This document shows, piece by piece, positions 26,101 through 38,996 of a stretch of DNA of 64,000 bases. A program made the position numbers and the translations under genes. The first letter of the stretch is position 1. Each line of letters starts with the position of its first letter. The notes below the pieces were generated by a model. It made no database searches. It had not been told where the DNA came from and worked only from the letters and a program-made list of their open reading frames with translations. The DNA comes from Camelus ferus (Eukaryota). The stretch lies in assembly GCF_009834535.1 (NCBI RefSeq), contig NC_045698.1:107694001-107758000 (forward strand), in the 5' to 3' direction.

Positions 26101-26844
26101 TTAATGGTAGCTTCTTTAGAGAGTTTCTGAAAGGCTAAAGTCAGATACGGTGTGTCAGCATTTTCCAAACTTGAGTAATTCATAAACAACTTTCACAATT
26201 TTTGGCACATTCAAGGAACACCTCTACTATTATTTACTTCATAATTTTTCTTTTGGCTCACTTTTAAAAATCTCAAATATCTACATTGCTTTTAGTCAAA
26301 GCAATAATACCTGTAGAAACATGAGTTCAAGTTGCACATTTTCCCTTCTAATCATTTGATAAATATGAAACAATTTTAAAAGAGTATGGCTGTATGCCGC
26401 TTTACATGTCCACACTTTGCAGGACTCTCATAAGATTAATATATTTGTTCAACAAAATAAAATAGATGAGTGGGTATAATAGCTCCAACATGACTCGACA
26501 GTAAATTTTGACCATTACTTTTAATGAGAAAAAATAAATTTTATATGAAGTAGCTATTTAAACTAGGAGCTCTTGGTTTCACTTTTTTCATTTCAGCTTG
26601 GGGTTTGAATTCCTCTTCTACATTTAATAAAAAGCAACAAAGAGTCTGTACAATCTAATAACTTAGGATATATTTAATATTGTGGCTTTCATTCAGTATT
26701 GATGTTTGTGCATTAATAAACATTTCAGTTTTTTAGCATCTCATTTTAGTGTTGTCAATGAACACCAATATCTTAAAATGGATTTTTGTATTACATGATT
26801 GATGGGTCTACTACATCTCATTTCCTAAAGCTGACTCTGGTGGT

Positions 26845-27650
26845 ATTTATTCAACAAAACTGTGTATTGAGTGTAACAATGGGCATTGAAGATACAGCAG
26901 AGAACAAAGCACAGTGTTAGTCCTTATGAAAGGGAGAAGGGGGAAACAGGTAATGGAGAAGAATTTATCTACTTTATCAAATGGTGATAAATGCTATGAA
27001 ATAAAAAGCAAGATGGGAGGAGAGTGATAGTTGGAATTGGCTATTCTTTCAAAGGTGTTAATCTGGGGGGTGTGAATCTTAGTACATGGCTATTTTATTG
27101 GAACCTGAATAAGGTGAGCTAGTAAGCCATGATGTGACTTAAGAGAAGGGTGGTCCAGCAAAGGAGAGAGGTATAAAAGTCTTGAGGTGGGTGCTTGGTG
27201 TGTTTGTGTAAGAGCAGGGAAGCCAGATTAACTAAAGAAGGCTAAGCAAGAAGGAGAGAACTTAGGTAATGAGGTTAGATCATACAGGCTTTTTTTCTTT
27301 TTCTTTTTTTTTTTTTTTTTTTTTTAACTGAGTGAGTGAGAAGACTTTGGGGGAATTTGAGCAAAGGAGTGACACGATCTGATATGATTTTGAAACACCC
27401 GTCTAGCTATTATATGGGAAAGAGACTGCCAGGGAGATGAGAGTGGAAAAGAGAGACCAGTTCAGAGACCACTGCCATGGGTCCAGTGAGAGATGGATGG
27501 TGGCTTGGACTAAAGTGATAGCATTAGGGGGTCAGATTTTGGACACATTTTAAAAGTAGAGCAGATGGCATTTTCTGATAAAATGGGTAAGAGAGAAAGT
27601 AAAGGGTCAGGGATAATTCCAAGCTTTTCAGGAATGGGAAGAGCATGAGA
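26845..27650 (-). mobile_element. L2 3' region
   Basis: TTTATTCAACAAAACTGTGTATTGAGTG...GATACAGCAGAGAACAAAGC...GATGGTGGCTTGGACTAAAGTGATAGC. Confidence 0.75.
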
Positions 27651-28144
27651 AATAATAAAGTTTCACTTTACTGAAATTTTCACCTTTAAGTCTTTAATAC
27701 TTTTTTTTATATGCAGGGCTTCTTCTGTAGGGCACCCTGATAGAACTTACTTCTCCAGATGGCAAAGGCCAGTTAAAATTCATGCCTCCTTAGGAAAATG
27801 CATATACTTTTGGACAGTGACTGTATGCTTTTGTTCTAATGGCAAACTTATCAGTCAAAGAGCTCAAAATAAGCAGCGGATAATGCTTGCTTTTACACCA
27901 TTGTTCGTCTCCACCTGGTCTTTAAAAGCTGTAATGACGTACAGCCTATGTCTGCAAGGACGGAACATTCACCAAAAAGGTTGAATATCAAGTAAAATAA
28001 TACAACTCCAATTGAGTTATTTCTCTTTTTCTTACCCATTTTTTAATTCCCATAAACCTAATCATCCACTATTTCCTGGCACAATTCCTGGACATCACTC
28101 AGGACTTCTTTCTCTTCCTCTAAACACTATGTGCTTTCATACTT

Positions 28145-28330
28145 TACATGTTATTAACAAGCTTACTAATATGTTCTCATCAACCCTAAGTGAGTTGAAT
28201 TATCCCCTCTTACAGTCAAGGGAATGGAGGCTCAGAGACTTTAACTGAATTAATCAAGGTCCCAAATCTCAAAAATGGTGATGCTGATATTTGAAGTTGG
28301 GAGTGCTTGACTGCCAGTGCCAGCTCTTAA
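28145..28330 (-). mobile_element. MIR SINE
   Basis: TTACAG...GGAGGCTCAGAGACTTTAACTGAATTAATCAAGGTC antisense MIR core. Confidence 0.65.
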
Positions 28331-29399
28331 ATGCTTTGCTGTTCCACTTTAGCTGAATCACATTAGCAGTAATCACTTTCTTCCCACTCTACTGCTTCCA
28401 CCAGCTTCCATTAAGATGTTATCTTAAAGACAAAGTGCCATTTCTAGAGTGGGAGAAGTGCCTCCACTATTGAGCCTTCCTTGAATGCCTCCACATTTCT
28501 GAGTCTTATTTTTATCCCTGAAATACTGATATTCAAATATTGACACTGATCTACCTAAAACATCATCTCCTTTGTAAAGCCTTCCATGACTATCCCATCA
28601 GAATTTCTCTCTCCTACCCTTTTCCTCTCATGATACGTAACCGGTTCTGTGATAGTACTAATCAGAGTCTGCCTCTGAGAGTCCTAGCACTACAGTGTTG
28701 GTAGTATTGTAGTTTATTATTCGTGTCTGCTTTCTTTTTAGGTGTGAGTGCCTTGAAGCTGGGTCCATCTCCTTCTGTTCTTCATAGCCCAGTATTGGTT
28801 CTTAATATATTGAATTCTTTGATACGATGTGTTTTATATGAGCTTTCCAGTGCCTAGCATAAGTCTGGATATGAAATGGGCATTAAATATATCTTAAATG
28901 AACAAAGGGAAAAAGAGGGTTACTATTTTTCACATTTCTTTCTTTAAAAAAAAAAGTGGGTGGTCAATTTCCCTGGCCTTTGCAGCCTCATGAATTTCCC
29001 TTCATATGGAAAGTTTACAATTTTGTCAAATGAATTTCTCTAGGATGGACATAAGGCTTGCTGAGGTTCAGCTTTCTCTTTCATGCAGCAAAGGCCAAGT
29101 CAGCAGGGACTCTCCTGCCACCCACCCCCAGCTGACTCCAAACTTCATGCAATTTTTATTTGCCTTCTTCTGGCCAGCTATCCCAGTCCTGAGCTTACAT
29201 AAAAATTCAACCCTCTGGCATTTGATGAATAAAATAACTACTTGGCCAGAATATACTTTTGGCAGGAGGAGAACTCAGAAGACATTCAGCTGTCTGATTT
29301 CCTCCTCCATGGGGCACCATTCTATTTCAGTGCCCATCAGTAATTAGGTCTGTGCCACTGGCTCCCCTGGCGAGTCTTCGCAGCGGGAGGCAGTGAGGT

Positions 29400-29690
29400 C
29401 GGACGATGGGAATACCAGACTTAAAATCAGGGGTTGTGTCTAATATTTACTAACTTACTCCGCAGTCTGCCTGAATATTTCTGCCTCTGCAAAATAGGAA
29501 TAACAATAACTTCAGTAAATAACTCCTGGGTTGTTTCTAGAATCAAATGAGAGAGGGCATGTGAGAGTATTCTCTAATCATAATGAGTGAAGTGGGGAAG
29601 AGGGGCACCGGTAAGGACATGGAGGACGCAACGTGTGTAAAGCACTTAGCACAGTTCATGGCAGAAGCTCAGTGCAGCAGAAGTAGTTGC
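29400..29690 (+). mobile_element. MIR SINE
   Basis: TTTCTGCCTCTGCAAAATAGGAATAAC...GTGTAAAGCACTTAGCACAGTTCATGGC. Confidence 0.65.
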
Positions 29691-29759
29691 TGCTGTTACA
29701 GTTTTGATTGTTGTAGCCTAGTTTCTTGACTTTACTTCTACCGTGCGATGATATCATTT

Positions 29760-29995
29760 ATAGAGTTAATAATTATTATCATGTTTGAGTGCTTTGGAGA
29801 GATTTCTCATTTAATGCTTTGAACACCACTTTTTTTCTCCTCCTCCTTCTCTTTTCCTTTTTATTTTGCAACTGAGGAAATTTATACTACAAGAGGTTGT
29901 AAGTAACTTCCCTGAACTAGCATGGCTTATAAGTAATGATGGTGAGTTTTGAATCCAGTCTAATTCCAGAGCACCTGCACTTCTTGGCGTGAAGT
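29760..29995 (-). mobile_element. MIR SINE
   Basis: CTCATTTAATGCTTTGAACACC...GTAAGTAACTTCCCTGAA...GAGTTTTGAATCCAGTC. Confidence 0.6.
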
Positions 29996-32900
29996 ATTGG
30001 CTCTTGATGACATGTACCTTTGCCAAAGGAAAGTATAATGGAGTTGTCTAGATGAAATGATTTAGAATTTTATGTTAATAATCTGCCTTTGATCTGTGTG
30101 ACAGAGAAGATAAATTTTGTTATCTGCCTAAGTGAAGAAACTGAGGATTAGAGTCCTAAAATGAATTGATGAGGAACTGTGCTATTTCACAGAATTCTAG
30201 AATTCTTGGGATCGGCTTGTTTAGACCTGTCATTGTAAAGAGTAGATTTTTGCAGGGAGAAGGCATCATTTATTTAGTGTTATATATCATACTAGTAATA
30301 GCATCAGGGCTAAAACATACTATCTTTTAATCTCATTTATGAACAAAGTGACTAGGTGAGAGGCATTATTTATAATTACACATTTTATGTTATTAACTGA
30401 TGGACACAATTTTAGAATGACTAACAGATCTTCTATTCCATCTGAACTCCTTGACTATATGCAAATATGATGGTTGGTTATGGGAGGAAATCCTTGCTAT
30501 TATTTTTGCTGTGAGCAACTTTAGATTGGCTTGTAGGAAGATATTTGAGGACTTATCAAGATTCTTTATTAACACTTTGAATGTAAAGTACAGTGCAAAT
30601 GGATTCTTTTCTAAGGATCCTTGAAAAAATTGATTTGTAGAGGCCAGCAGGGAAACAGATTCCCTTCTAATACTAGAGACACTAGATGGGGATAGAGTCT
30701 CATTGACCTTACTGGGTCTGACTTTCTTGGGAGTGACTGGAGGGCTAAGCCTTTGTGATCTGACAATGAGATGCCAACATTCTATCTGTAACTATGGTTT
30801 CTGGAACTGTTTTTCCCCTATTAAAACAAATCAGTCATCAGCAGAACACTTATTTTCATGAAAACTCTTAACAGTTCTTTCCTAATCTAAAATCTTAATC
30901 CTTGCCAATGATAGTTTTGAGATGTTTTTCTTTCTCTTTTTTTTCTTCTGCGATGACACCTTATAATGGTGATGATACTTAAAGAAAAAAAAAAAAACAG
31001 TAATAATGACTCATAAAAATTCTCAGTCACTAGGCAGAAAAGATGCCAGGTTTAAGATTTTCTTGAGATTTGGATGAAATTTTTTTTTTGTCATTGACTT
31101 ATGTGTTTCATCAAAGAACTTGCTGTAAAGCTTTGTGACGGCTCAGAGAGAAGTCTAATGCACATGAATTGTTGGATGCTGCGTCTGAAAATTCCACTGT
31201 GTCTCTCAGTGGGAAAGAAAAATATATACTTAGGATTGTGACAACTGCTAGATAAAGAATGCATAATAATACTTCTGGGGAGGACTTGTACACAGGCTAT
31301 TATGGATGAGTAAGTGGAGCTGTCCAGGGAACTGGACAAGTACCAAGAATTTGTGCAAAGCCATCTGGAATGTTTAGGCCTTCACAGTGGGGGCAATCAG
31401 ACTTCCTCTAAGAGGACTGATGGCTGGTCTTGTTACCAGGGAGGAGTTAGCGATCAATGTGTTGAATCACAGCCTGACAACAACTTGTAGTAAATAAGGT
31501 TTTAAGAAAGGAAAAACATTTTAGAAATGAATCAGTGTTCTAGCGTGTTTGAAAAGTTTTCTGTTTTGCTTTCTCCTTAGTCTCTCAACCCAGCCAGCCT
31601 TTTTTCTATCTCATGTCTGCCTTTTTTTTTTTTTTTTAATAGTAAAATCTAAATGGTTAAGAATACTAAATCTGTAGGGCACAAGGATGTTTACTTCATG
31701 GATATGTGTGAGTGGGAGTCTGTTACAGTGGAGGTGACTGTGGTCAGTGCTTATGTTTGGCAAAAATAGTCACGTATGTATGGGTATTTTTAATTCAGTG
31801 GATAAAAGTCCAACTTTAGACCTCTCTTTTTTGGGGCCAATTTAGAAATATCCCAGGCAATTCTAAATTATGTTGGAGCTAAGGAACAAAAAATACACTC
31901 TCTGGCATCAAAATATAAAATGACGTAAGGTGCAACAAATGTGTTATTACCTATTACACTTTCGCCACAAGGTGGACTAAGCTGATCCCTTTACCCAGAG
32001 GTCCAGAAAGTATAATAGTAATGTAAACCAGAGAAATAGGTCATATATTATGGTAGGAAAACGTTTTTAGATACAGAAGATGGAATTTGAGAAGGTCTTT
32101 GATAAGTAGATCATGTTTAAATAATTAGTAATCAGTCACGGCCAAACATCACTTTACCTGTCTGGTAATCTTATATTTCGATTGTAAAAGAGAAGAAGGG
32201 GGCTTCGTTTGTCAGGGGCTAGGGTATGAAGTACTCAAGGATTAAACCAAAGAATGAAAACTGGTGTCTTCAGAGTTTCACAGCAAGTACAGGTGTTTTG
32301 TCTGAGCATTTTGTTACATGTATTCTTTTATAGGTTTTCATAGGCAACATACCTAGATAGTGTTTTGCTTTGGTTGCAGGACAAGCTGCTTAGTAGACAT
32401 TTCTGCATAACTAGCAAGAATTATGATAGGTATATTAACCTGCATGCATTTGAATTTGTGACCCCTGGCTTAAACAGTAAGAGTTTATCAGGTTTATTTC
32501 TTCTGGAAACAGGATTAATGTGGGCAGAATGGGGAATTGAATGCTTTGTGGAAAACAGTGAGGGGAGCATTAAAGGGAAACAAAGGGTTATAGAAAGGAT
32601 ATCATGAGATCTCTTTCTACAGAAGTTATTAGCTGCTCTCCTATTACATAGATATAAAACTGAAGCTCAGGGATGTAGTTACAGGCACATAGCCAGCCCG
32701 TGGATAAACTTGGATCTTAGTCAGTAGACACTCCACCTGTTGTTTTTCTTATACCCGATAGAAGCTGAGTTCAAAGACCAGTGCTTTCTAATTTTAAATG
32801 TTTCCCAGAGCTGATCCTGATAGGATTGGCCTACAGGGACATCTCAGATTCAGGGACAGAATAGATACTCATGGTGATGATAATGGTGATAATGTGAACC

Positions 32901-33634
32901 AAGCAAACCATAGAAAAATAAGATCTGAGTCAGTGAAAGATGATACAGATTAAAAGACATTAATAATTCACTGTTTTCCAATTGTTGAGTGAAGCGCTAT
33001 ACAATTTATTTCAATTATTTATTCTGATGATATCACATGGTGAAATATATTACACAGAAATGTATTTTGGGTTTGTTTTTTTTTTTTGTACTGACAGAAG
33101 GGCATCCTCACTATCTTCTTGTCATTTATGCTCTGTCCTCCTACTGTAATGTCTTTATTGTTTATCTTTTTTACAGCAGGGATTTATAATGCTTAAGAGC
33201 ACTTGGATATAGGGGAAACTGTTGACATTAGAGAGATGATTCATTGAGTAAATTGACACAAATTTATTGTGACTGCAGGTCAGTGTGCTGACATCAATTC
33301 TCTCAAGCAAAATTGCTTTATCAAAATACAAATCAGTGAAGAAAAATTCCTACCTATTTTCTTTCCCTCGAAGAAATCTTTCCTGGACCTTCTGATACAG
33401 AGTGATGAATATTTCTGAAAGTAATTATTCCTCTAGGAAAGTCAGCCGTTGATAGCTTCTTGAGTTGTGAAAAGCAAAATGCCAATGAAACATACCTCAT
33501 TTTCTGACTTTATGTAAGATATTGTCCCTTCATCAAATTGTTATGTTCAGAGTGGATTGAGGCATGCATATTTTGAGTTTCATAGCACTTGAGTATGTAT
33601 ATTTTTTGAAAATTTAAAGATGGTGAATTTTGCC

Positions 33635-34336
33635 TTTTATTTTTTATTAAAAACTTTTTTTATTGATGTATAGTTGATTTACAGTGTTTCAGGTGTACAG
33701 CAGTGATTCAGTTATGCTTATATATATATATATACACACATAGTTTCTTTTTCAGATTCTTTTTTACTATAAGTTATTACAAGATGTTGAATATAGTTTT
33801 CTGTGCTCTACAGTAGGTCTTTGTTTATTTTATATGTAATAGTGTATATCTGTTCATCCCAAATTCCCAATTTATCCTTCCCCCTCTTCCCCTTTGTTGA
33901 CCATAAATTTATTTTCTATGTTTATGGGTCTATTTCTGTTTTGTAAATAAGTTCATTTGTATCATTTTTTAGATTCTGTGTATAAGTGTGTCATATGATA
34001 TTTCTCTTTCTCTGTCTGATTTACTTCACTTAGATGGACCTAGNNNNNNNNNNNNNNNNNNNNNNNNNNNNNNNNNNNNNNNNNNNNNNNNNNNNNNNNN
34101 NNNNNNNNNNNNNNNNNNNNNNNNNNNNNNNNNNNNNNNNNNNNNNNNNNNNNNNNNNNNNNNNNNNNNNNNNNNNNNNNNNNNNNNNNNNNNNNNNNNN
34201 NNNNNNNNNNNNNNNNNNNNNNNNNNNTTTCAAACTAGTTTTCATCTTTTCCAGATACATGCTTAGAAGAGGGATTGCTGATAACTCTAGTTTTTTAAGG
34301 AACCTCCATACTCTTTTCCATGGTGGCTGCACCAAT
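33635..34336 (-). mobile_element. L1 3' end (non-inverted part of a 5'-inverted insertion)
   Basis: T-rich tail, antisense 3'UTR and ORF2 end, stopping at CATGGTGGCTGCACCAAT; interrupted by the N gap at 34044-34227. Confidence 0.9.
34044..34227. other. assembly gap (184 N)
   Basis: Run of N. Confidence 1.
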
Positions 34337-34689
34337 GTATAAATGTAAGATCAGATACTATACAACTCCTAGAGGAAAACGTAGACAGAACACTCTGTGA
34401 CAGAAATTGCAACAGTATTTTTTTTGTATATGTCTCCTAGAGTAATGGAAACAAAAGCAAAATTAAACAAATTGGACCTAACTAAACGTTAAAGTTTTTG
34501 CACAGCAAAGGAAACCATAAACAAAATGAAAAGACAACCTATGAGCTGGGAGAAACCATTTACAAACAATGCCATCAAGGGCTTAATTTCCAAAATACAC
34601 AAACAGTTATACAGATCAATATAAAAAAAAAAACCCAATCAAAAAATGAGGAGACTATCTAAATAGATATTTCTCCAAATAATAGTATA
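34337..34689 (+). mobile_element. L1 ORF2 segment, inverted relative to the adjacent 3' end
   Basis: Sense ORF2: AAATGTAAGATCAGATACTATACAACTCCTAGAGGAAAAC...TGCACAGCAAAGGAAACCAT...AAATAGATATTTCTCCAAA, running into an N gap. Confidence 0.9.
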
Positions 34690-34877
34690 NNNNNNNNNNN
34701 NNNNNNNNNNNNNNNNNNNNNNNNNNNNNNNNNNNNNNNNNNNNNNNNNNNNNNNNNNNNNNNNNNNNNNNNNNNNNNNNNNNNNNNNNNNNNNNNNNNN
34801 NNNNNNNNNNNNNNNNNNNNNNNNNNNNNNNNNNNNNNNNNNNNNNNNNNNNNNNNNNNNNNNNNNNNNNNNNNNNN
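34690..34877. other. assembly gap (188 N)
   Basis: Run of N. Confidence 1.
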
Positions 34878-35050
34878 CAGTTGTTCTCAAGCTTTAGCAT
34901 ACCTCAGAATAACCAAGAGGGCTTGTTAAATGCATAATGCTGGCTGTCATCCACAGCATTTCTGTTTCAGTGAGTCTAGGGTGAGATGTAAGAATTGGCA
35001 TTTTAAATAAATTTTTCTGGTTGCCCTAATGTTGCTAACCCTAAGGACCA
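34878..35050 (+). mobile_element. MER5A-like hAT-Charlie element
   Basis: CAGTTGTTCTCAAGCTTTAGCATACCTCAGAATAACC...GCTTGTTAAATGC...GGACCAC. Confidence 0.75.
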
Positions 35051-35799
35051 CAATTATATAAAATGCTTTACATACATTACTCTTTAAAAATCCCTTTCAC
35101 ATTATTCAGGTTCATTAAGCTTCACAAAATAGGAAAGGCTGGCATAATTTCTTGTATGTTACACATGGAAAAAGCAGATGCTAAAGTTAATTTGCCAAAG
35201 TTCTTATGGTAAATCAGTGATAATCCATCTTGTGATGGCTTTAATGATACAAAATCTCCTTTAAATAAGATCCACATCGTAAAGGGCAAGGGATTGGAAA
35301 TGAGAACATCTTCATTGACAGGTAGGTAGGATATAAATTAAGCACAAACTCCTTTACCTGGCACTCAAGTTTTGCATGACCAGTCCCCAGTCTAAGATTT
35401 TACCCATTTCTCCAAATCATCTCTATTCCAGGTTCGAAACAAACTGGACCTTCCTCAAATGAGGCAGGTTATTTTCTATCTTCAAATGGTGAGATACCTA
35501 AGTTTTTCCCTCCATCTCTTCTCACTAAAATTATGTTTCTCAGCATCCAGTCAATACTTTTTCCATAGAACTTTTTCTTTCTAAACGTACCTCCAGCTCC
35601 TTCCTCTTCACGTAGTCAGTGCTACTTAGGGATTAATTAAATAAGCAAATAAAAGTCTAGCATTGCAGCGGGAATAATACGTTACAATTTTTGTTTTTTG
35701 CAAGGGAGAGGTACACAGATAAGTGGGAGAAGCTAGTGGTAGGTTTCTATATTTGATATTTCTTAGCTTATCTGTATTTTCTATTTTGTGTGTTTTAGT

Positions 35800-36495
35800 T
35801 TAATTTTTTACTTATAGTAAAAATGACTTTTATATGTGTATAGTTCCATGAATCTACATATATATATATTCATGTAATTACTGACAGAGTCAGGATATAG
35901 AGCAGTTCTATTACCCCATGAAACTCCGTCATAGTATCCTTTTGTATTCATTCCCTTCCTCTCCCCTAACCCCTGGTAACCATCGATCTGTTCTCTGTCG
36001 CTACAGTTTGTCTTTAGGGGACTGCTGTAGTACAAATGGAAGGATACACAATGTACATTTTTGAGACTGGCCTCTTTTACTCAGCATAAAGCCTTTGGAG
36101 ATTTATCCAAGTTGTTAAGTATATCAAGAGTTTTGTTGTTTGTGTTATACTGGTGTTTTATCTTGGGTTTAGTTGAGTTAGTTGTCCTTTGTATGGATAA
36201 ACTACAATTTATCCAGTTATTGAAAGATGTTGAGGTTCTTTCTATTCTTACGTGATTATAAACAGAACTGCTGTAAACATTTGTGCACAGGTTTTTGTGT
36301 GAATGTCAGTTTTCGTATCTCTCAGGTAAGTACTCAGAACTGGGGTTTCTGGGGCATATGGTAAGTCTGTGCTTACCTTAATCAGAAACTGCAAAATGAA
36401 TTTCCAGAGTAGGTATATCATTTTGCATGCCACTAGTCATATCTGAGGATTCTAGCTGTTATGTATCCCTACCAGTACTTGGTGGTGTCAGTATT
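35800..36495 (-). mobile_element. old L1 (L1MC/ME-like) 3' fragment
   Basis: CCCCTAACCCCTGGTAACCATCGATCTGTTCTCTGTC...CTGCTGTAAACATTTGTGCACAGGTTTTTGTGTGAA. Confidence 0.75.
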
Positions 36496-36543
36496 TTTCT
36501 TTTCTTTTCTTTAATTTGTCCTACTGTTTATTTTAATTATATA

Positions 36544-36546
36544 TGT

Positions 36547-36586
<40 letters not shown>
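36544..36586 (+). repeat. (TG)n microsatellite at an L1 tail
   Basis: Read directly from the sequence. Confidence 0.95.
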
Positions 36587-36589
<3 letters not shown>

Positions 36590-37228
36590 GTTGAAGTTTA
36601 GTCAGTTTACAATGGCATGTCCATTTCTGGTGTACAGCATAATGTTTCAGGCATATATATACATACATATATTCGTTTTCATACTCTTTTTCATTATAGG
36701 TTGCTACAAGATACTGAATATAGTTCCCTGTGCTATACAGAAGAAATTTGTTTATTTTACATTAGTAGCTTGTATCTGCAAATCTTGAACTTGCAGTTTA
36801 TCCCTTCCCACCCACATTCCCCCCTGGTAACCATAAGTTTGTTTTCTATTTCTATGAGTCTGTTTTGTAAATCAGTTCATTTGTGTCACTTTTTTTCTGG
36901 ATTTCACACATAGGTGATATCATATGGTATTTTTCTTTTCTTTTTTTTTTTTTTTGGCTTACTTCATTCACTTAGAATGACCATCTCCAAGTCCATCCAT
37001 ATTGCTGCAAATGGCAGTATCTTATTCTTTTTTATGGCTGAATACTATTCCATTGTATAAATATAGCACTACTTCTTTGTCCAGTCATCTGTCAATGGAC
37101 ATTTACAGTGTTTTCCTGTGTTGGCTGTTGTAAATAGTGCTGCTATGAATATTGGAGTGCATATATCTTTTCCCTCTAGATATATGCCCAGGAATGGGAT
37201 TGCTGGATCATAAGATAAGTCTATTTCT
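36587..37228 (-). mobile_element. L1 ORF2 end plus 3'UTR
   Basis: Antisense GACCATCTCCAAGTCCATCCATATTGCTGCAAATGGC...GGAATGGGATTGCTGGATCATA. Confidence 0.9.
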
Positions 37229-37639
37229 GGACTTGGGTGACTGTTTCCTTTCCCCAGGTTGGGGAAGTTTTTGGTTATTATCTCTCCAAAAATGTTCCAG
37301 GTCTTCCTCTCTCTCTCCTCTTTCTGCGACCTCTATGATGCAAATATTAGTGCACTTCATGTTATCCCAGAGTTCTCTTAAACTATCCTCATTTCTTTTT
37401 ATTCTTTTTTCTTTTTTCTGTTCTGGAGTAGAAATTCCCACTAATCTGTCTTCTAGCTCACTGATCCATTCTTCTGCCACATGTAGTCTATTCTTGTTTC
37501 CTTCTAATGTGTTACTCATTTCATTGATTCCATTCTTCATCTCTGTTTGTGTATTCTTTATATTTTCCAACTCCTTGCTAAAAACTTCAGTCTGTGCATC
37601 TGTACTCCTCTTGAGTTCTCTGAACATCTTTGCCATCAT
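37208..37639 (-). pseudogene. L1 ORF1p coiled-coil/RRM remnant
   Basis: Translation KELENIKNTQTEMKNGINEMSNTLEG...AEEWISELED...KRNEDSLRELWDNMKCTNICIIEV matches L1 ORF1p; the reading frame degrades afterwards. Confidence 0.9.
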
Positions 37640-38821
37640 TACTTTAAATTTTCTCAGATAAATTGCCTATCTCCTCATCACTTATTTCTTCTGGGATTCT
37701 GTCTTGTGCCTTGGCCTGGGAGATACTCCTCTGCCACCTCATATTGTTTATCTTCCTATTTGTATTTTTAGGTAGGTTAGTTACGTTTCTCAACCTTAGA
37801 GAGGTGACCCTCTGTGGGAGACATTCTATGCGTCCTAGTAGTACACTCCTCATTTGTCACCCAAGGGCCAGGGTCCAGCCGGTCCAAGTGTAAAATCTGG
37901 CCTATGTTTGTGGATTCCTTCCACAGGCTTTGGGATTGTTGTTTGCTTATTTCTGGTATCTGCCCCTGATGGATTAGGCTGAACTAGAGGCTTATGCAGA
38001 GTTCCTGGCAGGAGGAGCCGGGCCCTGCCCATTGCTGGGTAAAGCTTGGTCCTGGACCTCTGGTGGGTAGGGCTGTGTCTAGAGGCCTTTGTGGCTTAGG
38101 AAATCTGCTGGTCCCACCCAGTATGTTGTTTGGCCTGAAGCTTCCCTATAGGTTGTTGGGTTGGGCTTGGTCCTGGTGCTAATGATCCAAACAAGATGTC
38201 AGCCTCCAGGAAAGCTCATGTAGATGAACACTCCCAGAATGGCTGCCACCAGCTTTCATGTCCCCTGGGTGAGCTGCAGCCATCCCCTAGGTCCCCAGGA
38301 GACCTTCCAAAACCAGCAGGCATGTCTGGCCAGGTTCTTATGAAATTATTGCCTCTGCCCTTGGACCTAGTGCATGTGAGATTCTGTGCATGCTTCCCAA
38401 GAGAGTGAAGTCTCTGCTTCCGCCAGTCCCACGGGCCTCCTGGAGCCAAGCCCTGCTGGCCTTCAAAACCAGATGCCCTGGGGTCTCTTCTTCCTCCCAA
38501 TGCTGGAAACCCCCACTGGGGAGCCTGACATGGGGCCCAGAACTCCCACTCCTGTGGGAGGGCCTCTACAACTTATTCTTCAGCTTGTGGGTCACCCACC
38601 CTGGGGGGTATAGGGCCCAATTATATAGCAAGCATGCCCCTTCTACCATCCTGCTGTGGTTCCCTCTTTATATTTCCAGTTGCATAAGATGTTTTTTGCT
38701 AGGTTCGGGTCTTTTTATTCATTTTTTTTTTTTATAGTTGTTTAGCATTCAGCTGTGGTTTCATTGTAGTTGCAGGGAGAGGGTGAGCTTGTGGTCCTAC
38801 CACTCCGCCATCTTCCGTCCT
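37229..38821 (-). mobile_element. L1 5' region and ORF1 N-terminal half
   Basis: Carries an ORF1p remnant plus a GC-rich L1 5'UTR-like tract; fused directly to the ORF2 end at about 37226. Confidence 0.8.
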
Positions 38822-38996
38822 NNNNNNNNNNNNNNNNNNNNNNNNNNNNNNNNNNNNNNNNNNNNNNNNNNNNNNNNNNNNNNNNNNNNNNNNNNNNNNN
38901 NNNNNNNNNNNNNNNNNNNNNNNNNNNNNNNNNNNNNNNNNNNNNNNNNNNNNNNNNNNNNNNNNNNNNNNNNNNNNNNNNNNNNNNNNNNNNNNN
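38822..38996. other. assembly gap (175 N)
   Basis: Run of N. Confidence 1.

Noticed and set aside
37152-37661. 169-aa plus-strand ORF (Leu/Phe/Ser-rich)
   Set aside because: It is the antisense frame of A-rich L1 ORF1, a typical artefact.
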